From Takakia lepidozioides (lineage: Eukaryota; Plantae; Bryophyta): DNA of 64,000 bases. Below, piece by piece: positions 36,480 to 47,829 of this stretch. The position numbers were made by a program, and so were the translations under genes. How positions within the stretch are numbered: the first letter of the stretch is position 1; each line of letters opens with the position of its first letter. Below the pieces are notes generated by a model. That model saw only the letters and a program-made list of their open reading frames with translations. It was not told where the DNA came from and did not search any database. The stretch covers positions 2,170,001-2,234,000 of the forward strand of contig CM060731.1 of NCBI GenBank assembly GCA_030704615.1. The letters run 5' to 3'.

Positions 36480-39400
36480 GGTCAAGGGAAACAAACAGAA
36501 ACAAACATGTAGAAGCAGGAATATGGAAATTCCAGATGAAGGAAGATGTATCTCACCGTGTACATGTACTCCATGAAAGCCTCACGGGTCAACGAGTACC
36601 ACGTTTCCGATGTCTTGGAGCTTTCGCACTTCTTGTACGTCTCTGCTGAAAGGATGGTCTTGAAGTTCGTCAAGGGCATCTGCCCGATCCTTTGTATCCT
36701 ATATAGTGTGTGAACCAGACTCGTTTTGACATGCGATGTCTCCGTCCCTCTGCAGAATGATATCTGAAAGTCAGAATGAAATTCAACGACTTGAATCAAA
36801 GAACCACGGAACCATAAGTGGAACATGTAGAATGAGAAACCAACCTGTTCACATCATTCATTGCCGTCAGAAGACCCATCATGTTCCCGTCACAATCCAG
36901 CACCATCGATCGAACAGAGTAATGTCACTCTTCCTCCTGTGAGTGCAGCCTCCCAATGACAGCCATCCATGCAAGCAACCGGTGGTTGCCATCCCAAACA
37001 TGAAACATCTTCCCTGAGAATGCCCGGGTGGAAGGTTTCCTGGAGAGAAGAAGTTCGAAGGATTCGTTCACGTGTCTGGGATCCCAGGAGTCCACGATTG
37101 ACTCATCCACAAGGAGCTCATTGCCTCTGGAATCCTTTGTAGAAACGTAAAAGACTGCGGATCCATCCAAATACCCATGAACAAACTCGGCCTCCAGTTT
37201 GAGAATGTCCTTGATGAGGGGTGGACGAACGACGGGCATGGAAACCAACCTACACAGGGGAATCTTCAACCTCCCACCCGGGGCAAACATACAGCGGCTT
37301 TGCTTTCATAGAACTCATCGTCAACATCAACAATGATCTCCTTCCCTTGCCCCGAAGGGATCTCCTCCGCCACACTTTGCATCTTCTCCTGCAGGGTTGT
37401 TCATTCAAATTGATATAAGAGAGAGGCATGAAACGATGGTGTTTGAGCATGGCAGACAGGCCCTGTGTGGCCAAATTTCTCACCAGAAAACAAGCATTGT
37501 GGGGGCCGAAAACACTGTGCGTTGCCGCACAATGTTTCAGCTTCCAAATTCAAGTATTTTGAACATGATATTTGGCACTATTCAGATGAAAAAAGCAATG
37601 ACAAGGTGGGCTCAAACAGTGTGCGTTGACGCACACTGTTTGAGCTGCCTGGTAAGTGTGCATTGAACCTCAAAGACATGCCCCATGATGCCGAATTTCA
37701 CAAGAAAAAAACAATGACAAGGTGGGCTCAAACAGTGTGCGTTGACGCACACTGTTTGAGTTGCCAGGTAAGTGTTCATTGAGCCTCAAAGACATGCCCT
37801 TAGTGGCCGATTTTCAGATGAAAAAAACAAAGAAAATGTGAGCTCAAACAGTGTGCGATGACGCACACTGTTTGAGCTGCCAGGTAAGTGTTCCTTGATC
37901 CTCACAGACGTACCTTGTGTTGCCGAATATCACAGGAAAAAAACAATGACAAGGTGGGCTCAAACAGTGTGCGTTGACGCACACTGTTTGAGCTGCCAGG
38001 TAAGTGTTCATTGATCATCAAATACATACCTTTTGTGGCCGATTTTTAGATGAGAAGGGCATTGACAAGGTGAGCTCAAACAGTGTGCGTTGACGCACAC
38101 TGTTTGAGCTGCCAGATAAGTGTTCATTGATCCTCAGAGACATGCCCTATGTGGCCGATTTTCAGACAAAAAAAACAATGACAAGGTGAGCTCAAACAGT
38201 GTGCATTGACGCACACTGTTTGAGCTGCCAGGTAAGTGATGATTGATCCTCAAATACATGCCTTATGTGGCCGATTTCAGATGAAAAAGACAATGACAAG
38301 GTGAGCTCATACAGTGTGCGTTGACACACACGGTTTGAGCTGCCAGGTATGTGATGATTGATCCTCAAATACATGCTGTTTGTGGCATTTTTCAGATGAA
38401 AAAAAATAATGAGAAGATGGGCTCAAATAGTGTGTGCCAACGCACACTGTTTGAGCTGCTAGGTAAGTGTTCATTGATCCTCAGTTACATGCCCTGTGTG
38501 GCCGATTTTCAAACGAAAAAACAATGAGAAGGTGGGCTCAAACAGTGTGCGTTGACGCACACTGTTTGAGCTGCCAGGTAAGTGTTCATTGATCCTCAAA
38601 TACATGCCCTTTGTGGCCAAATTTAAGATGAAAAAAACAAAGTAAAGGTGAGCTCAAACAGTGTGCGTTGGCGCACACTGTTTGAGCTGCCAGGTAAATG
38701 TTCATTGATCCTCACAGACATGCCCTGTATTGCCGAATTTCACAGGAAAAAAACAGTTACAAGTGTGCGTTGACGCACACTGTTGAGCTGCTAGGTAAGT
38801 GTTCATTGATCATCAAATACATGCCCTTTGTGGCCAATTTCCAGATGAAAAGAACAATGAGAAGGTGGGCTCAAACAGTGTGCGCCAACGCACACTGTTT
38901 GAGCTGCCAGGTAAGTGTTCATTGATCCTCAGAAACATGCCCTATGTGGCCGATTTTCAAACGAAAAAAACAATGACAAGGTGAGCTCAAATAGTGTGCG
39001 TTGACGCACTCTGTTTGAGCTGCCAGGTAAGTGATGATTGATCCTCAAATACATGCCGTTTGTGGCCGTTTTTCAGATGAAAATCAATGAGAAGGTGGGC
39101 TCAAACAGTGTGCGCCAACGCACACTGTTTGAGCTACCAGGTAAGTGTTCATTGATCCTCAGAGACACGCCCTGTGTGGCCGATTTTGAAACGAAAAAAA
39201 CAATGACAAGGTGAGTTCAAACAGTGTGCGTTGACGCACACTGCTGGAGCTACTAGGAAATTGATGATTGAACCTCAAAGAGATACCCTGGCTGGGTAAT
39301 TTTTTTGTGAGAAGAACAATGATAAGGGGGGCTCAAACAGTGTGCGTCAAGGCACACTGTTTGAGCTTCCAAATAGTGGAGGATTGAACCGGGCATAGTG

Positions 39401-40006
39401 GCCCTATCTGGCCGTTTTGCACACCAACAACCAAGTAAAATGGGGGGCTCAAACAGTGTGCGTCAACGCACACTGTTTGAGCTTCTTGTTCGCGGTTGAT
39501 GCAACCTGGCAGAGATGCCGTGTGTAGACTATGTTCATATCAAAATACAATCTCAACTGGGGTTCACATCAGCATTGAAGCACAAAGGTGGGTTTCAAAG
39601 ATTGTACCTTTTTTTTTGCTGCTCCTGAAGACTCCCCAATCGCCGGGGACCCTTTGCGCTTCGGACTGCTCTCCACGCATCGCATGTTCTGGAGCATCTT
39701 CCCCATCCTCTCTTCCACTATGAGGTTCTTCGTGAGGCCAGCATCAACATCATCTTCGGCGTCTGTCTCTCCCTCGGATGCAGTGTCATCCTCACCTGTT
39801 CTTGGAACTATGGCAGGCTGCTATTCTTCTCCGGATTCTTGCTCTTCCATCGCCATACTTTCCTCTTTGCCCTCTTCTTCCGCCTTTTCCTCTTCGTCCA
39901 CTCTTTCCATCCTCATTCTATATCTGGCTCTATTCCTGTTTCTAGAGCTCGTGAAGTATAATGACTTCCTTCTCTTCCTCCTCCGCTGGAAACAAGGGCT
40001 CCCCAC
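36480..40006 (-). pseudogene. Second copy of the ParB/Srx-like cargo gene, 3'-truncated before the methyltransferase part
   Basis: Acidic/basic exon near 39.6-40.0 kb, GT donor near 39607, AG acceptor at 37389. Then DEFYESKAA, GGRLKIPLCRLVSMPVVRP...AVFYVS...GKMFHVWDGNHRLLAW (36925-37290). Next exon HVKTSLVH...WYSLT aligns with 20990-21190. Confidence 0.8.
37503..39484. repeat. Tandem array, 18 x about 116 bp, each unit with a 36-bp palindrome GCTCAAACAGTGTGCGT-TG-ACGCACACTGTTTGAGC
   Basis: CTCAAA starts at 37611, 37727, 37843, 37959, 38075, 38191, 38306, 38422, 38537, 38653, 38870, 38986, 39100, 39216, 39332 and 39448, plus a truncated unit near 38762 and a degenerate one near 37505. Confidence 0.97.
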
Positions 40007-40060
40007 GATGCCTCTAGAGCTCTCCAGTTTGACGTTTGCAACAAGGGTTGCTATGGCATG

Positions 40061-42310
40061 TAAGCATCAACAAAATCGTACCGGGGCCCTTGCCTCCACC
40101 CCGTCCCATCAGAAAATTGCGGTACCTGGTTTGTTGTGTAAGTGCCCGCACCATGTCATCAGCAGTGGCCACATACAAGTCACGACCTGCTTTGGTAGAT
40201 TGTTGCATCCAAGCGTTGTGAACAGTCTCCGCCAAATTACAGGATGGCATGTCGGCCAAGTCCTCCAAGGACATGTCCTGTAGGAGGCATTGCATGGAAA
40301 TGTGAGGAACGAAAGGAAATGGAAGAGGTTCTGCAAGCAACAATCCAAGAACCCCAAATGAACAGGCACGATGCAAAATTTGTGTTTTTGGGATTGAAGA
40401 GGATTACCGTCGTCATGAAAGCTCCCCACTGTCTGTACCTCAAGTGCCAGAAAACCAACCAGTCCTCCAACTCCTTCAGATGGATACCAGCAGCAGCACC
40501 AGAGGAGAACCACCAAGCTTGGATTGCCTGGTAAGTGCTCTCAGCTTCTCCCATTGAGGTGACATTTTTGTACTTGAGACAGAGCCTTCTGTGCTCCAAC
40601 TGAAGGTCAGGGTGAATGCAGCGCTTTGTATGACGTGCCAGAGATTGACTCCAATGGAAGAGGCATGTGCGCTCCTTATTTTCCATTGAGACCTTAGGAT
40701 CCCCCGAACCAAACACGCGCCGCACTGCATTGAAATTTGCCTGTGCACTATCAGCCATGAAGCCCGCAAAATTTGTGTTCTGTATTCCATTGCACTGCAT
40801 GACGGCCAGGAGCGAATTTCACATGAGCATCTGGGATTCAGTGTCCTCCGACTACATATCACAACTATTGAGAGCACACGCTGGTACGCTGGATCATACA
40901 CATGGCACGCCATGGTTGTCCAACCCTTTACCCGTTTACAGTGATCAAACATCAACCAACATTTAGCCAAATCTCCTCCAGGTTGCATTCGGCGGACAAT
41001 GCTCACACCACTGCCTTCGCCCATTGCGGACATCTTGAACAAATACACCTTGGACGAGCCCTGGCCAGGGAAGATACTGTTTTGAATGAATTCATAGCGA
41101 CTTCTCCGTTTGAGGTCCATAATGTTGTCCATGAATCCAGCAGTGCCTGTGCCGACTCTGAGTGCATTCACCTGGTTTCGAATATTGGGAGAGCTCAACA
41201 TGGAGAAATGGTCCATCACTGCATCAAGCAAATCTGCATCCAGCATTGGTTGTGTCGAATCCCCTTCACCCAGTATGTGTTTTTCCAGGAAAGCCTTGCT
41301 AGCTGCAAGCGCTATAGCAGAAGGTGTTACACAAGGGGCATTGTGGAACTCCTGCTTCAGCAGATTTCTAGCGATGTCCACGCTATCCCTGCAACTTCCT
41401 TTGGACACAGGATACTCGTGTGCACCCATATGAATGCAGGCACGAGTCATTGTCTTGCATCGGTGTGCCACCTGGTACATACGAGCGTGGCACATAGAAA
41501 CACAGGACGGGGAAAGTTTGCAGAACCTGCACACAAAAGTATTGGTCTTGGGAGGGGCAAGTCCTGGGATGAAAGGATTCAGGGGCACACCTTCCCACTC
41601 ACTTTCGTTTGGTCGAGCGCTGTTTCTCATCCGAGGGCAAGAAATATTCAGGCACTTGCAATGCCCAACGCAAACCGACCTTCGAAATTTCAATCCAATG
41701 TCGTTGTGGATGTTCGACGTTTTTGTCCTGCACCAAAGGTGTCCGTCATGTTTCTTGTCCATGCCCTGCAGAAGCCCAGCCAGTCCATTGGAAGACGTGG
41801 GAGGGTTGAGCTCAAACAAGATGTCCCCATCAAACTGTGCTGGCACGTATTAAACCCGCTGCACACGAAGGGACTCCCAATCAACAAAACGCAGCTCGCT
41901 CTTGCACCCAGGCATCCCTGCGAGGGCTTTCAATTTTGGAATGACACTCGTTATCTCTTGCAATTCGTCATCATCCAAGAATGGAGTCTGCACTGGCGGA
42001 GGCATCTCATAAACATCCTCCGAGGACGAGTCTGAAAGAGTCACGAATGTAGTGGATGTGCTCACCTCTTGTTTCACATGAACTGTGCCCTTTTGCTACA
42101 CAACCGATGCTGCATTTCCAGGGGTAATGACTGATCCTGCTGATTGTCTTCTCTCTTTTCCAAGGACACGGTATGTGCCTAGAAGGACTCTCCACTTCCT
42201 TCCACACTCACCAACCAATGGTTTCTCCAAGTGTCCAGAATCCAAATTCCCATCCTCGTCATACACCTCTTTTTGAACAAGCAGAGAACCCAATTCCAGT
42301 GGGAACACTG
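40061..42310 (-). pseudogene. MULE DDE transposase with N-terminal GCM-like zinc domain (inside inverted segment)
   Basis: DGHLWCRTKTSN...CVGHCKC.N..C...CRFC.....C.ARM...H.G.H.YP; WLMFDHCKRV; FAGFMADSAQANFNAVRRVF; CLFHW (CxxH); PSCNLAETVHNAW. Frameshifted. Confidence 0.9.
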
Positions 42311-43244
42311 TAACCAGCTCATCCTCATGAACAACTGCAAACCCATTGTTGTCTGCAGTAGCAGTCAGTGGAAGACTACCTGCATTGAAATGAAATCGGG
42401 CGAGTCTATCTCGCTACCTCGACATGTTTTCCTACGCTGACCGAAAGTTGCGATTCACAACGGAATCCCCGAACTGATAGCCCGTAATTCTCGAAAGGGG
42501 ATCCACCACAAACAAATTGAGGTCAACAAGGGTAGCACTAACCCAAAAGGCTGCGGGCGATGCATCAAAAGGATGTAGGAATGACATGCACTGAACTTCG
42601 CAGACAACCACGCTGAGAGACACCAACCAGAAAAACTGTTTTCAAAGACAAGAAGCCACAAGAAGCCGTGCTGTTTTTGGATGAAAAACAAACCCTGAAC
42701 ATGACATGAAACCATCCATTATGGAAAGACGGCAACAACCCTGGAGAGCAGTAAACAGGAAGACCCCGAATATAATGAGGTTGTGCTGTGTCAGAAGAGC
42801 ACAGCACAAACACTGACACTCCAAGAGTCACCTCGCACGGATGTGTGCAACACAAGATCATTTCCGACACAACCCTTTATACCGAATGACCCCATGGCGA
42901 CGATGACGGCAAAATGCAAACCACAGGGTAGGCAGTACGACACACGTGGATGCATATGTGAAGCATAACATTTATGGCGAATCTGCAAGAACTGCTCGAA
43001 ATTGAACTAGCATTAGATTTCTACGGCACTTCCGAATTTGAAAGAATGCAAGAAGGCCGCCATGTATTGGCAGGCGGCGAAGTACATCTGACATATATCA
43101 CAAGTACATGCAACGGATGTACATATTTTCTAGTACTTTATTTCTTGGATAATACAAAGACGCCGAAATGGATGAATTCCGTTCGCACACAATAAACACA
43201 CCCGCATCCAAATACGGTTGACAATGTCCAATTTTGATTTTGGC

Positions 43245-44440
43245 TAAGGGCTGCGAGTAGGTCCGGAGACCCATCGAAGATGGCCAGAGCTCTGAACAGG
43301 TGCACTGAAGGCTCCCCTTTGCAATCCAGGCTCCCTCATTTGGAAGGCGAGGAAAGATTTGGATCATGCAAAAGGAAATTGAACACTCTTCCAGGGTCAG
43401 ATGGAGATTCCCATCGCCCAGATAGGGTCAATTTCTCTGTGCCAAAGGTGTCTCCAGTGCAGAGTAAGTCGTGTGCCAGCCCCTTCCCAGGTGGGTCCTC
43501 CTCCAGTGGAGCAGGTGCAGAACATGCAAGCACAGTAGCAGGAATCCCATTGGAGGAGGTGGTGGCCATGGTGCAGGAATCTGATTGCATTGATAGTGAG
43601 TGGCATATAGAACGCACCCCACCAGGATGTAGAGTTGCTTGCATGGCAATTCGGACCCCTCTTTCAAGAAATACAAATAAAAAATATGCAAAGGCTCCAG
43701 GGGGACTCCAGCTCCAACATTCACAGGGTTGTTCCGACCTTATCATAGTGGGGAGTCAAAGGACCACAAGTTCTGGTTTTGCCCAGACGATATGGTACGA
43801 TGCGTCAAGGGAACAGTTCGTCCTTCGGTGATAATGAAACCCCCTCCCCCCGCAATTCGGCCTGTGAAACTTGGGACGTCGCTGTCAACAACCGAGATAA
43901 GCATGCTGGAGGAGGGAGGGTTTTGTCTTGCACGGTCCCGGGTAGTGCCCTTGTGCACTGTCGGCACAGATGTGCACATGCTCCGGCAATGCCTCCACCC
44001 GGTGCCGACTCCCACCCAACAAAAAGAGATGGAAAAACAGTGCGTCGTGTCGCTTCGGTGCAGATCACGAATGCAAGATGAAATTGGCTAGAATTTTGCA
44101 GGCTCGGGTGGCTCGTATCACCGAAGTCCCTGCCCCGGGGTATGGACGGATTTACACAGTGTTGTCTATTGGCTCAGTTCTTCATGGAAAAGAATATCAG
44201 GTTACCGTGGGGAATTTCCCTACTTGCACTTGTCCGGATTTTGTAACGATGCGTGAGGGCGCTCTCGGCATGAGAGGGAAGTGGGTCCCCTGCAAGCATC
44301 AATATTACATATACCTTGTAATTATGTGTTGCGACGGTAAGAGAGACCAATTCATTCACCAAGCCACACTAGGCTACGGAGAAGTCATCACCCTTCTACA
44401 GCGGGACACCTCACGTAGGGCTCCGCCAAATTCTCTTTGA
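43245..44440 (+). pseudogene. C-terminal half of the same transposase: Cys-rich WFC region and SWIM finger
   Basis: LRAASRSGDP...PHLEGEERFGS...DSHRPDRVNFS; KFWFCPDD..RC; YQVTVGNFPTCTCPDF...PCKHQYYI. Confidence 0.88.
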
Positions 44441-44859
44441 ACACATACGAGCCATGCCCGCTTCCCACGCTGGTTTCCAGGTTACCGTATGAAAACTTTA
44501 CATTTAGGACAAACACATACATTTCGTTCACGGAACCAGGGCAAATGCACATGCCATTCTTTGTAAGCGTCTATCTGTGAATTAAAATAAAGTGTGTCAA
44601 TCATTCTGAGCTCAATTCTGCCATATTTTCATATTCCTCTTTTTGTGCAGGCATTGCAGACATGGTGCATGGTGGCCCCCTTTGTTTTGTCCACGGTAAT
44701 AGGCCCTCTTCTTGCAATCCTCGCCTATAGGACCTGCTTCTCCAGCAGATTTGTGCCGCTCACGCTTCCTTGAAGCGTGAGCTCAGCTCACGCTTTGCAG
44801 CTACAACGTGAGCTCAGTTCCCAGGCTCACGGGGCTGGGCTCACGCCGTAGCTACGCTG

Positions 44860-45178
44860 AGAACGCACCATTGCTCGGTCTCGAGTGAAGTGCACGGCAA
44901 TCAGAGCAAACAATCGTGAGAAATGCAAGTCCTCCATATCCAGAGGCAAGGTCCGCACTCCGGCTCCAACCTTCACTGGTTTGTTCACGCCTTACGGGCA
45001 AGCCGAGGTGAAGAACCACAAATTCTGGTTCTGCCCTGACGACTATGGTAGGTGCGTGCGTGGGACTGTGCGACCATTGGTTGTCATGAAGCCTCCTCCA
45101 CCAAGCGTTTGGCCTGTGAAGGTGGGGACACATCTCCCCATTCTGCCCACTCTGTTCACGCACCCACCAAGAACGTGA
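44860..45178 (+). pseudogene. Diverged paralogous fragment of the Cys-rich WFC region
   Basis: APTFTGLF...HKFWFCPDD..RCV.GTVRP.V.MKPPPP...PVK.GT aligns with 43705-43885. Confidence 0.8.
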
Positions 45179-46367
45179 CACCTCGCCTCACCTATTTAGC
45201 CAATGCACGCATCTCATTATACACGGTCTTCATATCACTCGTCATAACCAAGCTGATATTTGTATTATTATTATTGGGTGAGAGGACCGGGGGGGGGGGG
45301 CGCTTAGCGAGCCCGGGGGGGCTGTACTAAGGGTGTATTGTTTGATTGGGGTAAGGTATGTGGGGGATCCATTTTCGCTGATGTGCGCTTATGGGGGGGG
45401 AGTATTGGTAAGGTAGGCTGTAGGGTTATAGAAATTAGCGTGGTTATGGTGAAGGGTTTTAGGGGAGTGGGGGGGCGGCCAGGATGAATGTCATCCGCCG
45501 GTGGGCTGGATGAAAAGATCCATGAATGAACGAGATGATGGTTTTCGGTGTCGGGAGTATGATTATAGTGGGATATGATTTTATTCGTGGTGGGTGCGTG
45601 GCATGTGTTATAGTGTGCCACGGGGGGAGTACTTAGTGGGTAATTCAAGAGGGTCATGGGTGGTGGGAGTCTGAGTGAGGGGGGGGTGTATACGTTGGGA
45701 GAGTGACGGGGTTGTGGGGGGATGCCTCCGCGTGAGCCTGGCCGCGTGAGCGTGTGAGCACGTGAGCACAGTCAGGCTCACACCACGTCAGCAGTTCTCA
45801 CCACGTTGGTTCACGGATGTCACGGCACGTCAGCAGTCCTCGCTAGCGTGGTTGACGCCACGTCACGTCATGCCACGTCATTTCCATAGGCACGGACCTA
45901 TAACCGCGGACAGAACAGGCGGAAGGGGGGAATGCTAGATCGTGAGTCCAGAGGTGCCTATTTCCGCGGAATGATTTACCCTTTCCAGTCATTGCAGACT
46001 ACATCTTTAACATCCATCCCATCGCCAGCCCTCATGTCATAAACTGCAATTTGATAAGTGTGCGATTGCCGAAGTGAGACCTTTATCCCTCCCATAGCAC
46101 CGATCATCACTTCTGTTTTTTTTTTTTTTTTTTTTTTTCCGTATATTTTCTCAAAATTAAAAACACACACACACACATAGCAGAAGTGACGATCGGTGCT
46201 GATCATCACTTCTGTTTTTTTCTTTTTTCTTTTTTCTTTTTTTTCCGTATTTTTCCAAAAAAAAAACAGGAAGAAGTGATAATCGTCGACGATCATCACT
46301 TCTTCCCTGTTTTGGCATTTGGGTAGTTGTGATGATCGTTGACGATCATCACTTCTGCTAGATGGAG

Positions 46368-46430
46368 TTTAGGGTTTATGATTTAGGGTCAGGGTTTGCG
46401 GTTTAGGGCTTAGGATTTAGGGTTTAGGAT
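46368..46430 (+). repeat. Nine degenerate plant telomere repeats (TTTAGGG) inside the TE subterminus
   Basis: tttaggg tttatga tttaggg tcaggg tttgcgg tttaggg cttagga tttaggg tttagga. Confidence 0.8.
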
Positions 46431-47755
46431 TTTCTTCATCCCTTTAATTGAAAAACAAGTCCCACGGTTATAGGACCCTCGGTTATAGGCGCCACATGTT
46501 TCTGATGATGTGGCGATGTCAGTCGCAGTGCCACGTCAGCATACCCGCTCACGCGTGGGGCTCACGCCGTTGACGAGGTGTGCTGAGCTTGGGTGTGCCA
46601 GTGAGGGAGCTGGTCGATCGCGCATAATAATACATGTTGTGTGCGTATGGGGAGAGACAACGTGTGATGTGGCGTGAGGGAGGGTGAGGGCGGGTAGCCG
46701 AGTTACTTTGAACATGCCAAGAGTGGCGAGTTAGAACGAAGGTAGATAATTGAGATTGCAGCTTGGTAGCAGAGAGTACAAAATCGCTGCATTGAGCAGC
46801 ATGAGAGAGAGAGATGGTGAGTAAAAAGAGAGCTAGGTAGAGCTTTCTATGCTTGTAAGCTGTTCGGGCTGTGACTCTGGTGCGTGTTGTCTCTGCAGAT
46901 TTATGCAATGGCCATGTTGGCATTTGCAAGGTGGGTTTCCGCTGTCTGGGCACTAGCGGCCTGTGGAAGATGTGTGGTGGCACCAGCGGCTGGATTGGTG
47001 CTTGGGCCCCCAGTGAGCCCGTAGCGTTGAGGCGAGGGGGGGCAATGTGTGGTAATTCCAGTAAAGCCAGCGGCTGGCGTGCTCGTGTGTGTGCATCCTC
47101 TGCAATGTTGCTAGTGCTTTGTCCTGTGACTTGGTTGAGCCTGCTTGGGGGGGGTGGGTAACTTCTCGAGCACCCTATTCGCATGTTCGTAGAAGAGTGC
47201 TAAATTGGCGCCAACGTTTTTGGTGATGGTATCCTGTAGCAATAGGAGGTAAGTGTGGTGTTCTTCCTATAATTGGGCGGCCATGCTAATGGATACCCTA
47301 TTTTCCATAGCCGCTAGATCATCCTTGATGTCCGTCTTGATGGAAATGGCACGGGCGGCAAGTCGTTTGTCAATATCTGCCATCAAGGTGTCATGCCCCT
47401 GCTTTTGGTTGGAGGATGTCTTGAAGCTGAGAGATTGAACCGTGTCGGCAAGTGCCTGGTTGATGTCTGCGACTCTTAGTCACTCGAGTATTTCCGCAGC
47501 TGGGGGGGGGGGGGGGGGGGGGGGTGGTGGCTCCATTTAAACTCATGTTGATATGCGGTTCGAACTTGATGAACTTGTCGATTACCCGGACGTGTGGCCG
47601 ATTACCCCATTGTGTGTAAACACTGGGATTCTTGCATGTAATGAGGGCCAAGCCTGTGTGCTTGATTTTCTCAGACCTGGCAATCTTACCGAAGTTGATG
47701 TGGCGACATTGTCTTTGCCAAAGATGCCACGAAGAGCAGATTATGGTGGCTCCTG

Positions 47756-47792
47756 AGAGGTCCATGGTGACATTGTCAAAGCTGGAACTGTA
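47756..47792 (+). pseudogene. Tiny PPR fragment (VHGDIVKAG)
   Basis: agaggtccatggtgacattgtcaaagctggaactgta closely matches 35576-35612. Confidence 0.55.
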
Positions 47793-47829
47793 CACCAAAT
47801 CTGATTTTGAACATTGCCTTGGTGGTGGC

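Larger units (their letters stand above)
36430..45924. mobile_element. Mutator-like element 2 (truncated): ParB-like gene, palindromic array, GCM-like/MULE/SWIM transposase with an internal inversion
   Basis: Component genes listed separately. Subterminal CGTGAG, CCACGTCA and CCTATAACCG motifs at 45730-45915. Both ends appear truncated, and 44.7-45.9 kb may come from a sister element. Confidence 0.7.

Noticed and set aside
37503-39484. CRISPR array (36-bp palindromic repeat at regular spacing)
   Set aside because: The roughly 80-bp spacers are homologous to one another, no cas genes are visible, and the array lies in a spliceosomal intron of a plant TE. It is a tandem repeat.
39588-40283. 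231-aa Ser-rich plus-strand ORF
   Set aside because: Antisense to a Glu-rich exon and spans the inversion breakpoint.
40902-42035. 377-aa plus-strand ORF
   Set aside because: Antisense shadow of the MULE transposase, with no motifs of its own.
46368-46430. True chromosome end or fusion site
   Set aside because: Only nine degenerate units in a single orientation, inside a TE subterminal region.
47502-47524. Long G/C homopolymers (also near 3683 and 16462) as functional G-quadruplexes
   Set aside because: Run lengths are unreliable in assemblies and nothing else supports a function.
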